From: an uncultured delta proteobacterium
GTDB lineage: Bacteria > Myxococcota_A > Polyangia > Polyangiales > JAFGIB01
Length of the DNA stretch: 64,000 nucleotides
Direction of reading: 5' to 3'
Assembly (NCBI GenBank): GCA_963778655.1
Contig: CAVZVA010000009.1
Span: 1,056,001 to 1,120,000 of the forward strand
Position numbers and translations under genes: made by a program. Positions 19,090 to 32,732 of this stretch are shown piece after piece. Position 1 is the first letter of the stretch. Every line of letters begins with the position of its first letter. The notes below the pieces were generated by a model, which was given only the letters and a program-made list of their open reading frames with translations, did not search any database and was not told the origin of the DNA.

Positions 19090-19578
19090 TCAGTGACCAG
19101 CGCCACCCGCGCCCGAGGCGTTGGCCGCGACGCACATGCTCATGTTGAGCGTGCACGTCGGGGTGCAGGTCACTACGCCGGTTCCACCCACCATGTTCGC
19201 GCAGCTGGCGGTACCGATGTTGGCACCATCGCACTGCTCCGGCGCCTGGATCACACCGTCGCCGCAGCGGCCGGCACCCGTGCCCCCGGTCCCGGCGAGC
19301 GCGCCGTTGCCGGCCGTGCCCAGCGTCGACGCCAGCACACAGTCGCACATCAGGCTCCAGGTGCCGTTGGTCTGGCAGGTCGAAACCGCGACGTAACCTT
19401 GTGCTGCCGGGCAGTTGGGCGAGGTTTGCGGGCACGGATCCCCTGCAGCATGCGGCGTGCTGCGCGCCATCGGCGTGCATGCGGCCGCGTTGTTGCTGCC
19501 TTTGCTGCTGCCGCAGCCGAACGCAGCAAAGACCGCCACCAGAGTCACCACCACCAAACCAGATACACGTGAGTACAT
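19090..19578 (-). CDS. Cys-rich lipoprotein with myxobacterial cysteine-rich repeat
   Basis: Lipobox AAFGC, CGDGVIQAPEQCDG motif, AAGGGA RBS. Confidence 0.78.
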   Translation of the reverse strand: MYSRVSGLVVVTLVAVFAAFGCGSSKGSNNAAACTPMARSTPHAAGDPCPQTSPNCPAAQGYVAVSTCQTNGTWSLMCDCVLASTLGTAGNGALAGTGGTGAGRCGDGVIQAPEQCDGANIGTASCANMVGGTGVVTCTPTCTLNMSMCVAANASGAGGAGH

Positions 19579-19899
19579 GGTGTCCCTTAATCGCACAAAC
19601 TCACCGTGGCGTACAGGGGCACCGTTGAATAATTTCCTAACCCACCAGGATTGTTTGGCAATTAGTCACACCCCCGCTCACCTTCGGAGCTGCAGGCGCG
19701 CTCAGGCGGAGGGCGCAGGGTAGAAGGCCGCGCAAGGGTTTGGGCCGGCACGAGGCGGTCCCGGTTGCCGATTTGAACAGGATACAAATGTGGGCGCATC
19801 CCCCGACCGCAGGCTCCGCGCCCGTGCTCTGCGCCCAAACGCAACGACGCCAGGTCGGGCTCGACCTGGCGTCGTCGGATGAACGGCCGAACGCGAGCG

Positions 19900-21531
<1,632 letters not shown>

Positions 21532-21570
21532 GGTTGTTCCTGGCGTTGGGGTTGAGATCTCGACGACCGG

Positions 21571-23826
<2,256 letters not shown>

Positions 23827-23918
23827 CCGCGGGCCCGGAGCTAGAGCGGCAAGCCGGGAGGCACGAAATTAGCGTGCGATTTCCGCCTGCTGGGCCTTGC
23901 TTTGCCGTGAGTCGGGTT

Positions 23919-23963
23919 TACGAATTACGTAGGATATTGAATAAATAATACGAATATCGTAGG
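23919..23963. promoter_or_regulatory. Paired quasi-palindromic operators upstream of ald (candidate Lrp/AldR sites)
   Basis: TACGAATTACGTAGG (23919-23933) and TACGAATATCGTAGG (23949-23963), 30 bp apart in an AT-rich patch. Confidence 0.55.
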
Positions 23964-23972
23964 TTTGTGGTC

Positions 23973-25070
23973 ATGATCGTCGGCATCCCGAAAGAGATCA
24001 AGAACCGCGAGTATCGCGTCGGCGCCACCCCCGATTGCGTGCGTGCGTACGTGCGGGCGGGACATGGCGTGCTGGTGCAGCGGGGCGCAGGCCTGGGCGC
24101 GGGCTTCGACGACGAGGCCTACCGGGTCGCGGGCGCGAGCCTGGTCGACGAGGCCGTGGAGCTCTATGCGCGGGCCGAGATGGTGGTGAAGGTCAAGGAG
24201 CCCTTGGCCTCGGAGTACGAGCTGCTGCAGCGAGGGCAGCTGCTGTTCACGTACCTGCATCTGGCGGCAGTGCCGGCGTTAGCCGAAGCGCTGATGCGGC
24301 GGCGCGTGACCGCTGTCGCGTACGAGACGATCCAGCTTCCGGACGGGAGCCTGCCGTGTCTGGCGCCGATGAGCGCGATCGCCGGAAGGCTTTCGGTGCA
24401 GGAAGGCGCCAAGTACCTCGAGCGCGCCTACGGCGGGCGCGGGGTGCTGCTCGGCGGCGTGCCTGGAGTCGAGCGGGGCAAGGTGGTGGTGCTGGGCGGC
24501 GGCGTGGTCGGCACCCATGCGACCAAGGTCGCGGTGGGCCTCGGCGCGGAGGTCACGCTGCTCGAGCTCTCACCGCGCAGGCTGGCCGAGCTAGACGACC
24601 TGTTCGGTGGCCGCGTCCAGACCCTGCACGCGAACGAGGCCAATCTCGGCCGCAGCCTGGCGCAGGCGGACCTGGTGATCGGCGCGGTGCTGGTGCCGGG
24701 CGCGGCGGCGCCCAAGCTGATCCGCCGCGAGCACCTGAGGCAGATGCAGCCCGGCGCGCTGATCGTCGACGTGGCCGTGGACCAGGGCGGCTGTGCCGAG
24801 ACCACGCACGCGACCAGCCACGACGAGCCGCTGTACACGGTCGACGGGGTGTTGCACTACGCGGTGCCCAACATGCCGGCCGCGGTGGCCCGCACCTCGA
24901 CGCTGGCGCTGACCAGCATCACCCTGCCGTACGCGCTGCTGCTCGCGGCGCACGGCTTCGAGGGCGCTGCCGCGCGCCGGCCCGAGCTGCGCGGGGGCCT
25001 CAACGTCGCCGATGGCCGCGTGGTGCACCCCACCGTCGCCGAGGCCCTGCGCCTGCCGCGGGCGGCCTGA
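23973..25070 (+). CDS. ald: Alanine dehydrogenase
   Basis: [57 protein letters not shown]. Confidence 0.96.
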   Translation: MIVGIPKEIKNREYRVGATPDCVRAYVRAGHGVLVQRGAGLGAGFDDEAYRVAGASLVDEAVELYARAEMVVKVKEPLASEYELLQRGQLLFTYLHLAAVPALAEALMRRRVTAVAYETIQLPDGSLPCLAPMSAIAGRLSVQEGAKYLERAYGGRGVLLGGVPGVERGKVVVLGGGVVGTHATKVAVGLGAEVTLLELSPRRLAELDDLFGGRVQTLHANEANLGRSLAQADLVIGAVLVPGAAAPKLIRREHLRQMQPGALIVDVAVDQGGCAETTHATSHDEPLYTVDGVLHYAVPNMPAAVARTSTLALTSITLPYALLLAAHGFEGAAARRPELRGGLNVADGRVVHPTVAEALRLPRAA

Positions 25071-25084
25071 GGGCGGGGGCGCCG

Positions 25085-25558
25085 ATGCGCGTAGCCAAGC
25101 CGCCGCAGCAGGGTCGCGAGCCGCATCTGGATCCGCTCGATCGCGGCATCATCGAGGGCCTGCGCCGCGACGGCCGCGCGAGCAACTCTGCGCTCGCGGT
25201 CAAGCTCGGGGTGGCGGAAGGAACGGTGCGCCAGCGCATCAAGAAGCTGCTCGACGCCGGCGTGTTCAGGGTCAGCGGGGTGGTCAATCCCGAGTTCATC
25301 GCCGAGCACCAGCTGTGTGTGATCGGGCTCAAGGTGGACGAGAGCAAGCAGCTCGAGACCCGCGCGCGCGACGTCAGCCGGTTGCCGGAGGTGCGCAGCG
25401 TGGCGATCGTGACCGGGCGCTACGATCTGCTGGTAGAGGTGCTCACGACCTCCAACCAGGGCCTGATTCACTTCCTGTCGGAATCGCTCGCCAGCGTGCC
25501 GGGCATCACCAGCAGCGAGACCTTCCTGCTGCTCAAGACCTACGACAAATGGATCTAG
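25085..25558 (+). CDS. Lrp/AsnC family regulator (probable AldR)
   Basis: LDPLDRGIIEGLRRDGRAS...GVAEGTVRQRIKKL HTH, VTGRYDLL, GITSSET. Directly downstream of ald. Confidence 0.9.
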   Translation: MRVAKPPQQGREPHLDPLDRGIIEGLRRDGRASNSALAVKLGVAEGTVRQRIKKLLDAGVFRVSGVVNPEFIAEHQLCVIGLKVDESKQLETRARDVSRLPEVRSVAIVTGRYDLLVEVLTTSNQGLIHFLSESLASVPGITSSETFLLLKTYDKWI

Positions 25559-25714
25559 CCCTGCGCTCGGGTGATGTTGGTCGATGATCGTGGCCGAGCT
25601 GGTGCCGAGCAGGCACCGGTGGACGAAGGAAGGGTAGCCCCCTTTCGAGGAAAGCGACGCCGCGGGGCGGTGCCAGATCGGGCGGCGTTTGAGATCGGCT
25701 CTTGAGTTAAACGC

Positions 25715-25742
25715 GAACGCCGGGGCGGTGACCCCGGCGTTC
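25715..25742 (-). terminator. Hairpin, probable terminator of dctP
   Basis: Perfect 11-bp stem GAACGCCGGGG / CCCCGGCGTTC with a 6-nt loop, 23 nt past the dctP stop. Weak U-tract. Confidence 0.6.
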
Positions 25743-25765
25743 ACGCGGTTGCTTCGACTCTCGGG

Positions 25766-26770
25766 CTACTGGCCGGAGGCGATCTTCATCACCTTGTCGA
25801 GCAACGCCTTGGGATAGGCGCGGCCGACCAGGTGCGCGCGCACGGTGGCGGTGAGCTGGTCGTATTCCTTCTTGCCTTCGGGCGAGAAGTTGGTCGCGTG
25901 GTAGCCGCGCTGCAGCAGCTTCTCGAAGGCCTTCTTGTCGTTGGCGCGGACGTCCTTGTTGTCGCCTTCGATGTTCTTCTTGATCTGCTCGAGCAGCGTC
26001 CCGCGCACGTCCTCGGGGATGCTGTTCCACTTGTCGTTGGTCATCATCATGGCGCCCAGCAGCACGCCGCTGGTCTGATTGGTGACGTAGCTCAGCTTGG
26101 TGTGCCACTGCAGGGCGACCACCGCGATCGCGGTGTTCCAGACCATGTCGATCATCCCGGTCTGCAGCGCGCCGTAGACCTCGGGCACCCCCAGCGGCAC
26201 CGGGTTCGCACCGACGATCTTGTACGTCTCCTTCATCATGTAGCTCTCGGGCCAGAGCCAGGGACGCATGTCCTTGAGGTCGCTCGGCTTGGTGATCGGA
26301 GCCTTGGAGAAGAAGCGAACCTGCCCGACCTCGCCCCAGGCGATCAGCTTGAAGCCGGCCTTGTTGAACAGGTCCTGCCACTCCTGCTTCATCGCGGCTT
26401 GGACTCTCTCGACGCGGTCGTAGCTGTCGATCACGCCGGGCACCGTCAGCACCGTCACGTCGCGCACGATCTGGCTGAGCCCGGTCGAGGTGATCAGCGA
26501 GCCGTCCATCTGGCCCACCTTCATCTTGCGGATGACGTCCTTCTCGTCGCCCGCGATGCCGCTCGGGTAGAGCTGGATGCCCCAGGCACCCTTGGTGGCC
26601 TGGCGCAGCCCGCGGTCGATACGAACAAATCCCCGGGTCAGGTCGGTGTCGCGCGGCGCCAGGGTGGCGATGCGGATCATGTTGCCGGCCTTGGCCATGG
26701 CGGGGCTAACGCTGCCTGGAATCGCCATCGCGAGCGCGAGCACCAGGGTGGAAGCGAGGGCCTTGCGCAT
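25766..26770 (-). CDS. dctP: TRAP transporter substrate-binding protein, DctP family (orphan)
   Basis: Signal peptide. IRIATLAP, LYPSGIAGDEKDVIRKMKVGQMDG, PEVYGALQTGMID, LQWH. Confidence 0.85.
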   Translation of the reverse strand: MRKALASTLVLALAMAIPGSVSPAMAKAGNMIRIATLAPRDTDLTRGFVRIDRGLRQATKGAWGIQLYPSGIAGDEKDVIRKMKVGQMDGSLITSTGLSQIVRDVTVLTVPGVIDSYDRVERVQAAMKQEWQDLFNKAGFKLIAWGEVGQVRFFSKAPITKPSDLKDMRPWLWPESYMMKETYKIVGANPVPLGVPEVYGALQTGMIDMVWNTAIAVVALQWHTKLSYVTNQTSGVLLGAMMMTNDKWNSIPEDVRGTLLEQIKKNIEGDNKDVRANDKKAFEKLLQRGYHATNFSPEGKKEYDQLTATVRAHLVGRAYPKALLDKVMKIASGQ

Positions 26771-26969
26771 TTCTCTTGTCTCCTCCGAAGAAGCCGTCCG
26801 TTTGGACGCGCGTAGCATGCGGCGATTCAACCGGCCGGGCAACACGGAATTCGGCCGAATCCCTGGGGCTTAGCACCCCGCCCGGCGCTCCGCCGGCGCC
26901 GTGCAGCGCGCCGCTCACTGCGATCCGGTGACGGTAGAATTCCCGGTGTCATTTCAATAGATTGTCGCG

Positions 26970-28811
26970 ATGCGCGGGGCGAGGGCGGCTGTGTGGCGGA
27001 GCTGTGGCAGCCTGCTCTTATCCGGTGCGCTCAGCGTCGCCGCGGCGGCCGCTCACGCGCAACGCAGCGACGCGACCTACGAGGCGGAGCGTGCCGCGCG
27101 CGCGCTGCGCGAGCGCTCGCTGCAACCCGATCCGGCGCCCGAGGGCAAGCGCATCGAGTTCATCGAAGTCGTGCGCGAGGAGGTGTTGCAGAACGACGAG
27201 CTGCTGGTCCCGGTCGTGCTGCCGCGCTTCGCGCCCACCTGGCCCAACGCGTTCCACTGGCTGACGCGGGAGAGCGTGATCCGCAGGGAGCTGCTGTTCC
27301 AGCAGGGCGAGCCCTACCGCGCCGACCGTGTCGAGGAGAGCATGCGCAACCTGCGGGCGCTCGGCATCTTCGCGCTGGTGCGAATCGTGGCGGTGCGGGC
27401 CGGCGAGCCGGACCAGGTGGGCGTGCTGGTGTACACGCGCGACCTGTGGAGCTTGCGCCCGGAGACCGGCTTCTCCGGCGCGGGCAGCGCCTTTCAGCTC
27501 ACCGGCCAGCTGGTGCAGCGCAATTTTCTCGGGCGCAACAAGGACCTCACCCTACGTTTCGACATCGATCCCAAGGCCTACAGCCTGGGCGAGGCTTATG
27601 ACGACGCGCGGGTTCTAGGCGGCGAGCTGGCGCTCAGCGAGTCGTTCGATCTGATCTTCAACCGCGAGAGCGGCAAGACCGAGGGCAGTCAGGGCGCGCT
27701 GTGGCTGACGCGGCCGTTTCGCAAGCTGAGCCAGGCCTGGCAGTGGGGGCTCAGCGCGAGCTACGCCGCCTACGTGGCGCGCGCCCTCCGCGGCTCGGAG
27801 ATCGTGAGCTTTCGACCGAAAGCGAGCGGCGGGCTGGAGGAGTGCCAGGCTCCCGATCCGGCGTGCATGCGCGCGGTCTGGGACCAGCACAGCTATTCCG
27901 CGAGCGCCTCGGCCAGCTACCGCAGGGGCGAAGCCTACAAGCAGACCTTCACGCTCGGCGCCGGGTTCGGCGAGATCCAGGTGGCGGCCAACCGTGAAAC
28001 CGCGCTGCGTCCGGAGCAGAGCGCGATCTTCGAGAGCGAGCTGCTGCCCAAGGCGCGCCGGCAGGTCTACCCGTACGTGAGCTACGACCTGTGGCTGCCG
28101 GACTACGTGACGTTCCACGACCTCGGCACGTTCGGGCAGACCGAGACCGTGCGCGTCGGCCCCCGCGCGACCAGCAGCGTGTCGGTGCCGCTGAAGGCAT
28201 TCGGCTCGTCCAGCAGCTCGGCGGTGTTCTCGAGCACGCTGGACTACGTGCTCGCCGGTGGCGGTGCGCTCGCGGAGGGCTCCGCGACGGGATCGACGCG
28301 GCTGGAGTCGTCGCGCGTGGTGGACCAGAGTCTCAGCCTGCTCGTGCGTGGGGCGACGCCGTTGTGGCTGGCCGGGCGGCTGGTCGCCTACGCGAGTTGG
28401 AGCGGTCGCCGCCACGACACGGCCCAGAGCCAGGTCACGCTGGGCGCCGATAATGGGCTGCGCGGTTATCAGGTTGGAGCGTTTCGCGTGGTCGGCGGCA
28501 ACCGCTTGCGCGCCAACCTCGAGTACCGCACCCTGCCGCTGGTGTTCGAGTCGGTTCACATCGGGGCGGTGGCTTTTTACGACGCGGGCAGCGTCTACGG
28601 CGCGCTCGCGGATGCGCGCCTGCACCACGACCTCGGAGTCGGGCTGCGCGTGCTGTTTCCGCAGTTCAACCACACCCCATTTCGCGCCGACTTCGGGCTG
28701 CCGCTCGACCGCAATGGCTTCGCGCTGCTGGTCAGCTACGGCAGCGACCAGGCGGTGCCGATGACCGCGGCCGACGACGCCTCCGGCTCGACCGGCGTGC
28801 GGCCGCGCTGA
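26970..28811 (+). CDS. Omp85 / BamA-TamA family outer-membrane protein
   Basis: POTRA-like TRESVIRRELLFQQGEPY...ESMRNLRALGIF, NFLGRNK, GLRGY, NLEYR, FYDAG, GVGLR. Confidence 0.82.
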   Translation: MRGARAAVWRSCGSLLLSGALSVAAAAAHAQRSDATYEAERAARALRERSLQPDPAPEGKRIEFIEVVREEVLQNDELLVPVVLPRFAPTWPNAFHWLTRESVIRRELLFQQGEPYRADRVEESMRNLRALGIFALVRIVAVRAGEPDQVGVLVYTRDLWSLRPETGFSGAGSAFQLTGQLVQRNFLGRNKDLTLRFDIDPKAYSLGEAYDDARVLGGELALSESFDLIFNRESGKTEGSQGALWLTRPFRKLSQAWQWGLSASYAAYVARALRGSEIVSFRPKASGGLEECQAPDPACMRAVWDQHSYSASASASYRRGEAYKQTFTLGAGFGEIQVAANRETALRPEQSAIFESELLPKARRQVYPYVSYDLWLPDYVTFHDLGTFGQTETVRVGPRATSSVSVPLKAFGSSSSSAVFSSTLDYVLAGGGALAEGSATGSTRLESSRVVDQSLSLLVRGATPLWLAGRLVAYASWSGRRHDTAQSQVTLGADNGLRGYQVGAFRVVGGNRLRANLEYRTLPLVFESVHIGAVAFYDAGSVYGALADARLHHDLGVGLRVLFPQFNHTPFRADFGLPLDRNGFALLVSYGSDQAVPMTAADDASGSTGVRPR

Positions 28812-28818
28812 GCGCAGC

Positions 28819-29712
28819 ATGCGGGCGCTGGATGTCGCGCTGTGGGTGGTAGCTGCGCTGCTGGCGTACATGGCAGCGATCACGCTCGCGGTGACCGCCG
28901 GCGTGCTGTTCTCGACTTGGGTGCGGCGCCTCGAGCTCGGGGCGATGGACGCGGAGCAGGCGCAGGCATTCGGCGAGCTGCGCATCCCGGCGCTGCGGCG
29001 GGCGCGCGGCGTGCTGGTGGAGGGGTGGTTTCAGTCGCTGGCATTCGCGCTGCAGGGACTGCACGCGCTGCGGCTGCTACCGGCGCCGCGCGCGCATCCA
29101 GGACAGACGCCCGTGGTGGTGCTGCACGGCTACACCGAGAACGCCGGGACGATGTGGTGGATGGGCCGCCGGCTGGCGGCGGCCGGCTTCAATCCGATCT
29201 TGGTCGACTTTCCATCGACGTTGCGCCACATCGAGCACAACGCGCGCTTCTTGGGCGAGCGCATCAACGCGATCCGAGCGAGCCACGGCGGCGAGCCGGT
29301 CGCGGTGGTGGCGCACAGCATGGGCGGGCTGATCACGCGCACGCTGATCCACGAGCGCGAGGATCATGGCGTGCGGGTGCTGGTCGCGTTGGCTTCGCCA
29401 TTTCGCGGCACGCGTATAGCGACGTTGTCGCGCTATCTGCCGCTCGGGCACAGCGCGCGGCAGATGCAACCGAGAGCCGAGTTCTTGGAGCGCTTTCCGC
29501 CCTCGCTGGCGCCGCCGCTGCCGGTGCTGTCGGTGGTGGCGCGGCAGGAGACGATCGTGGCGCCGGAGTGGTCGGTGGTGATCACGGGCGCCCAGGTGCG
29601 CGTGCTCGACGAGCCCTACGGGCACGTGGCGCCGCTGTTCCTGGCTTCGGTGTTCGGTCACATCGAGCGGTTCCTGCTCGAGCAGGGCGTGCGCCGCGAG
29701 CAGCCCGGGTGA
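28819..29712 (+). CDS. Membrane-anchored alpha/beta hydrolase (lipase/esterase)
   Basis: N-terminal TM helix. VVLHGY, VAHSMGG nucleophile elbow, ASPFRG, YGH. Confidence 0.85.
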   Translation: MRALDVALWVVAALLAYMAAITLAVTAGVLFSTWVRRLELGAMDAEQAQAFGELRIPALRRARGVLVEGWFQSLAFALQGLHALRLLPAPRAHPGQTPVVVLHGYTENAGTMWWMGRRLAAAGFNPILVDFPSTLRHIEHNARFLGERINAIRASHGGEPVAVVAHSMGGLITRTLIHEREDHGVRVLVALASPFRGTRIATLSRYLPLGHSARQMQPRAEFLERFPPSLAPPLPVLSVVARQETIVAPEWSVVITGAQVRVLDEPYGHVAPLFLASVFGHIERFLLEQGVRREQPG

Positions 29713-29751
29713 AGCGGCCGAGAAGAAATGCAGCCGCCCTCGGACTCGGGG

Positions 29752-30000
29752 TCACAGCGCGCGCTGCAGCAGCGACTGCATGGCGGAAATCAGCAACAGG
29801 ATGATGAGCGGGGAGAAGTCGAGGCCGCCGCTGCGCTCGGGGCGCAGCACGGCGCGGATCGGGGCGTAGAGCGGGTCGGTGATCTGGCGCGTGAAGCTGC
29901 GCGGGAAGCGGTCCGCGTCGGGCATCACCCAGCTCAGGACCACGTCCACGATGACTAGCACCTGCAGGGCTTTGAGGATCAACCAGAGAAGGGAGGCCAT
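29752..30000 (-). CDS. yggT: YggT family membrane protein
   Basis: VVLSWV...ITDPLYAPIRAVL...GGLDFSPLI. Confidence 0.9.
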   Translation of the reverse strand: MASLLWLILKALQVLVIVDVVLSWVMPDADRFPRSFTRQITDPLYAPIRAVLRPERSGGLDFSPLIILLLISAMQSLLQRAL

Positions 30001-30018
30001 GACGGATGGAATGCGGGC

Positions 30019-30462
30019 TCAGCGCTGGCGCAGGGTGACGATGGAGAAGACTAGCAGCTTGTGCTCGAGGTCCTGCAGCAGCACTTCGACCAGGTGGGTC
30101 TTGCCGCGACTGCTGCGCACGCGGCTCTCCATCCGGAAGCGTGCGTCGGCCACGGGCTCGAAGTAGTCGATCCGCATGTTGACGGTGGCGACGCCGCGGG
30201 GACCCTCGTGGATCACGCTGTGCGCTGTGCGCACGGCCACCAGATCGATGTAGGTCGGGGTGAAGCCGCCGAACAGCTGTCCGCGGGGGTTCTTCACCTG
30301 CGGCGGGAGGTGGGCTTCGAGCGCGAAGTGACCAGGCTCGTGGGCGAGCACCGTCCAGTCGTAGGCTTCCAGAAAGTCGCCGACCGGGTGGCCGCGGCCC
30401 AGCAGCCTGCCCGGCGGCGGAGGCAGCCAGGGTCGCTCAATGTCCTGCGAGTCGTCGGCCAT
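30019..30462 (-). CDS. PaaI family (hotdog-fold) thioesterase
   Basis: NPRGQLFGG, YIDL, ATVNMRIDYFEP, GKT. Confidence 0.82.
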   Translation of the reverse strand: MADDSQDIERPWLPPPPGRLLGRGHPVGDFLEAYDWTVLAHEPGHFALEAHLPPQVKNPRGQLFGGFTPTYIDLVAVRTAHSVIHEGPRGVATVNMRIDYFEPVADARFRMESRVRSSRGKTHLVEVLLQDLEHKLLVFSIVTLRQR

Positions 30463-30513
30463 CGCGCCCGAGCTTCGGCCAAGGCGGGGCGCGGTTCAAG
30501 CCGCACCAGGCGC

Positions 30514-31563
30514 TCAGCCGCCGATCTGGTACATCTCGAGGCGGCGCCTGGGCCGGCCGGCCAGCTCGCCGCGCCGCTCGGAGTAGCGATCGTCGCGCGC
30601 GCGCCAAGCTGCGTGCAGCAGCTGCAGCAGCTCGGCGTCGGAGGCGCCCGCGCGCAGCAGGTCGCGCACGCTGGGGCCGGTGGCCGCGAACAGGCAGCCG
30701 AGGAAACGGCCGTCGGCCGAGAGCCGGCCGCGGTTGCAGCGCGCGCAGAATGGGCGCGTGACCGAGGCGATGATGCCGATCTCCCCGCGACCGTCGCAGT
30801 AGCGGAAGCGCTGCGCGACCTCGCCGTCCTGGCTCGGCGGCAGCGGCTCGAGCGGCGCGACGCGGCTCAGCCGGGCCACGATCTCTTCGGCCGGCACCAC
30901 CGCGCCGGCGTTCCAGTCGTTGAGCGTGCCGACGTCCATGAATTCGATGAAGCGCAGCACGTACGGGCTGTCGCGGAAGCGCAGGGCGAGCGCTTCGATC
31001 GCGTGCTCGTTGACGCCGCGTTGCACCACGCAGTTGAGCTTGATCGGGAAGAGCCCGGCGGCTTCGGCCGCGGCGATGCCGGTCAGCACGCGCTCGAGCT
31101 GGCCGCGGCCGCCGCTCATGCGCGCGAAGGTCGGCGCGTCGAGCGCGTCGAGGCTGACGGTGACGCGCGAGAGCCCGGCGCGGGCCAGCGCCTGCGCGTG
31201 CTCGGCCAGCAGGTGGCCGTTGGTGGTGAGGGTGAGGTCGCGCAGGCCCTCGATGCCCGCGAGCATGCGTACCAGCTCGGGCAGCTCGCGGCGCAGCAGC
31301 GGCTCGCCCCCGGTCAGGCGGATCTTGGACACGCCCAGGCCTTGCACTGCGATGCGGGCGACACGCGTGATTTCCTCGAAGCGCAGGATGTCTTCGCGCG
31401 AAAGGTAGGCGTAGCCGTCATGGAAGACGTCGGCCGGCATGCAATAGCCGCAGCGGAAGTTGCAGCGATCGGTGACGGAGATGCGCAGGTCGCGCAGCGG
31501 GCGGCCGAGCCGGTCCCGCAGGTCGGGCGCGGAGGGCGGGCCGGAAGCGGGCGCGGGTGCCAC
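30514..31563 (-). CDS. moaA: GTP 3',8-cyclase MoaA
   Basis: LRISVTDRCNFRCGYCMP, IRLTGGEP, RFIEFMDVG, FCARCNR, C-terminal IGG. Confidence 0.96.
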   Translation of the reverse strand: MAPAPASGPPSAPDLRDRLGRPLRDLRISVTDRCNFRCGYCMPADVFHDGYAYLSREDILRFEEITRVARIAVQGLGVSKIRLTGGEPLLRRELPELVRMLAGIEGLRDLTLTTNGHLLAEHAQALARAGLSRVTVSLDALDAPTFARMSGGRGQLERVLTGIAAAEAAGLFPIKLNCVVQRGVNEHAIEALALRFRDSPYVLRFIEFMDVGTLNDWNAGAVVPAEEIVARLSRVAPLEPLPPSQDGEVAQRFRYCDGRGEIGIIASVTRPFCARCNRGRLSADGRFLGCLFAATGPSVRDLLRAGASDAELLQLLHAAWRARDDRYSERRGELAGRPRRRLEMYQIGG

Positions 31564-31676
31564 CCGCGTTTCCTAGGGTACGCGCGCGCCGGCGGCAAGC
31601 GGTCTCGGGCCATCTGCGTCTCGAGCGTGCCGGAGCGGCGTGCTATGAAACCGCGCGCGCTGGCAGCGGAGGTGGC

Positions 31677-32651
31677 ATGGGCGAGGCAGTGTTCGTGGCA
31701 CGGTATGGCGGTCCCGAGGCGCTCGAGCCGCGGGCTCACGATCCCGGCGAGCCGGGGCCTGGGCAGGCGCGGGTGCGGGTCGAGGCCGCGGGGGTCAACT
31801 TCATCGATACCTACCAGCGCAGCGGGGCGTACGCGCGCAAGACGCCGTTTGTCGCCGGGCTCGAGGGCGCGGGCGTGGTCGAGCGCGTGGGGCAGGGGGT
31901 GACGGGGCTGCAGCCCGGCCAGCGCGTGGCGTGGGCGCAGGTGCCGGGCTCGTACGCGAGCGCGCTGCTGGCGCCGGCGGCGGCGCTGATCGCCATCCCC
32001 GACGGTCTCGGCAGCGAGCTGGCGGCCGCCGTGATGCTGCAAGGGATGACCGCCCACTACCTGGTGCACGCGGTGCGGGCCACGGCCGCGGGCGACCGCG
32101 CGTTGGTGCTGGCGGCCGCGGGAGGCACCGGAGGGCTGCTGGTGCAGCTGCTCAAGCAGGCGGGCGCGTACGTGATCGGCGCCTGCTCGAGCGAGCCCAA
32201 GGCGGCGCTGGTGCGCGAGGCGGGCGCGGACGAGGTGATCCGCTACGACCAGCTCGACTTCGCGCAGGAGGCGCGCCGCCTGAGCGCGGGGCGTGGCGTG
32301 GACGTGGTTTACGACTCGATCGGCCAGGCCACCTTCGATGCGAGCCTGCGCGCGCTGCGGCCGCGCGGGCTGTGCGTGCTGTTCGGACAGGCCAGCGGCG
32401 CGGTGGCGCCGTTCGACCTGCAGCGCCTGGCGCAGGGCGGCAGCTTGTTTCTGACGCGGCCCTCGCTCGCGCACTACGTGGCGACGCGCGCGGAGCTGGA
32501 GCTGCGCGCGCACGCCGTGCTCGATGCGGTGCGGAGCGGCGCGTTGCGGGTGCGCGTCGACTCACGGCTGCCGCTGCGCGAGGCCGCCGAAGCGCATCGC
32601 AGGCTCGAGGGGCGGCAGACCAGCGGTAAGGTGCTCCTGCTTCCGGCGTAG
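31677..32651 (+). CDS. qor: NADPH:quinone oxidoreductase (zeta-crystallin / MDR family)
   Basis: GVNFIDTYQRSG, GLEGAG, LQGMTAHYL, AAAGGTG, VVYDSIG, LFLTRPSL, GKVLL. Confidence 0.92.
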   Translation: MGEAVFVARYGGPEALEPRAHDPGEPGPGQARVRVEAAGVNFIDTYQRSGAYARKTPFVAGLEGAGVVERVGQGVTGLQPGQRVAWAQVPGSYASALLAPAAALIAIPDGLGSELAAAVMLQGMTAHYLVHAVRATAAGDRALVLAAAGGTGGLLVQLLKQAGAYVIGACSSEPKAALVREAGADEVIRYDQLDFAQEARRLSAGRGVDVVYDSIGQATFDASLRALRPRGLCVLFGQASGAVAPFDLQRLAQGGSLFLTRPSLAHYVATRAELELRAHAVLDAVRSGALRVRVDSRLPLREAAEAHRRLEGRQTSGKVLLLPA

Positions 32652-32732
32652 TCGCACATGCTCTGCGCCACACGCCGCGGAACGCGCGTGCGGTGATTGC
32701 GGTCGCGCGCGCGACGACCGAAGATCGGGCGC

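Noticed and set aside
16429..19572. 1047-aa plus-strand ORF and many other long antisense or alternate-frame ORFs (e.g. 19879-20931, 33466-35370, 45288-47102)
   Set aside because: These are shadow ORFs of real genes in very GC-rich DNA. They are Arg/Ala/Gly-rich and have no recognisable motifs.
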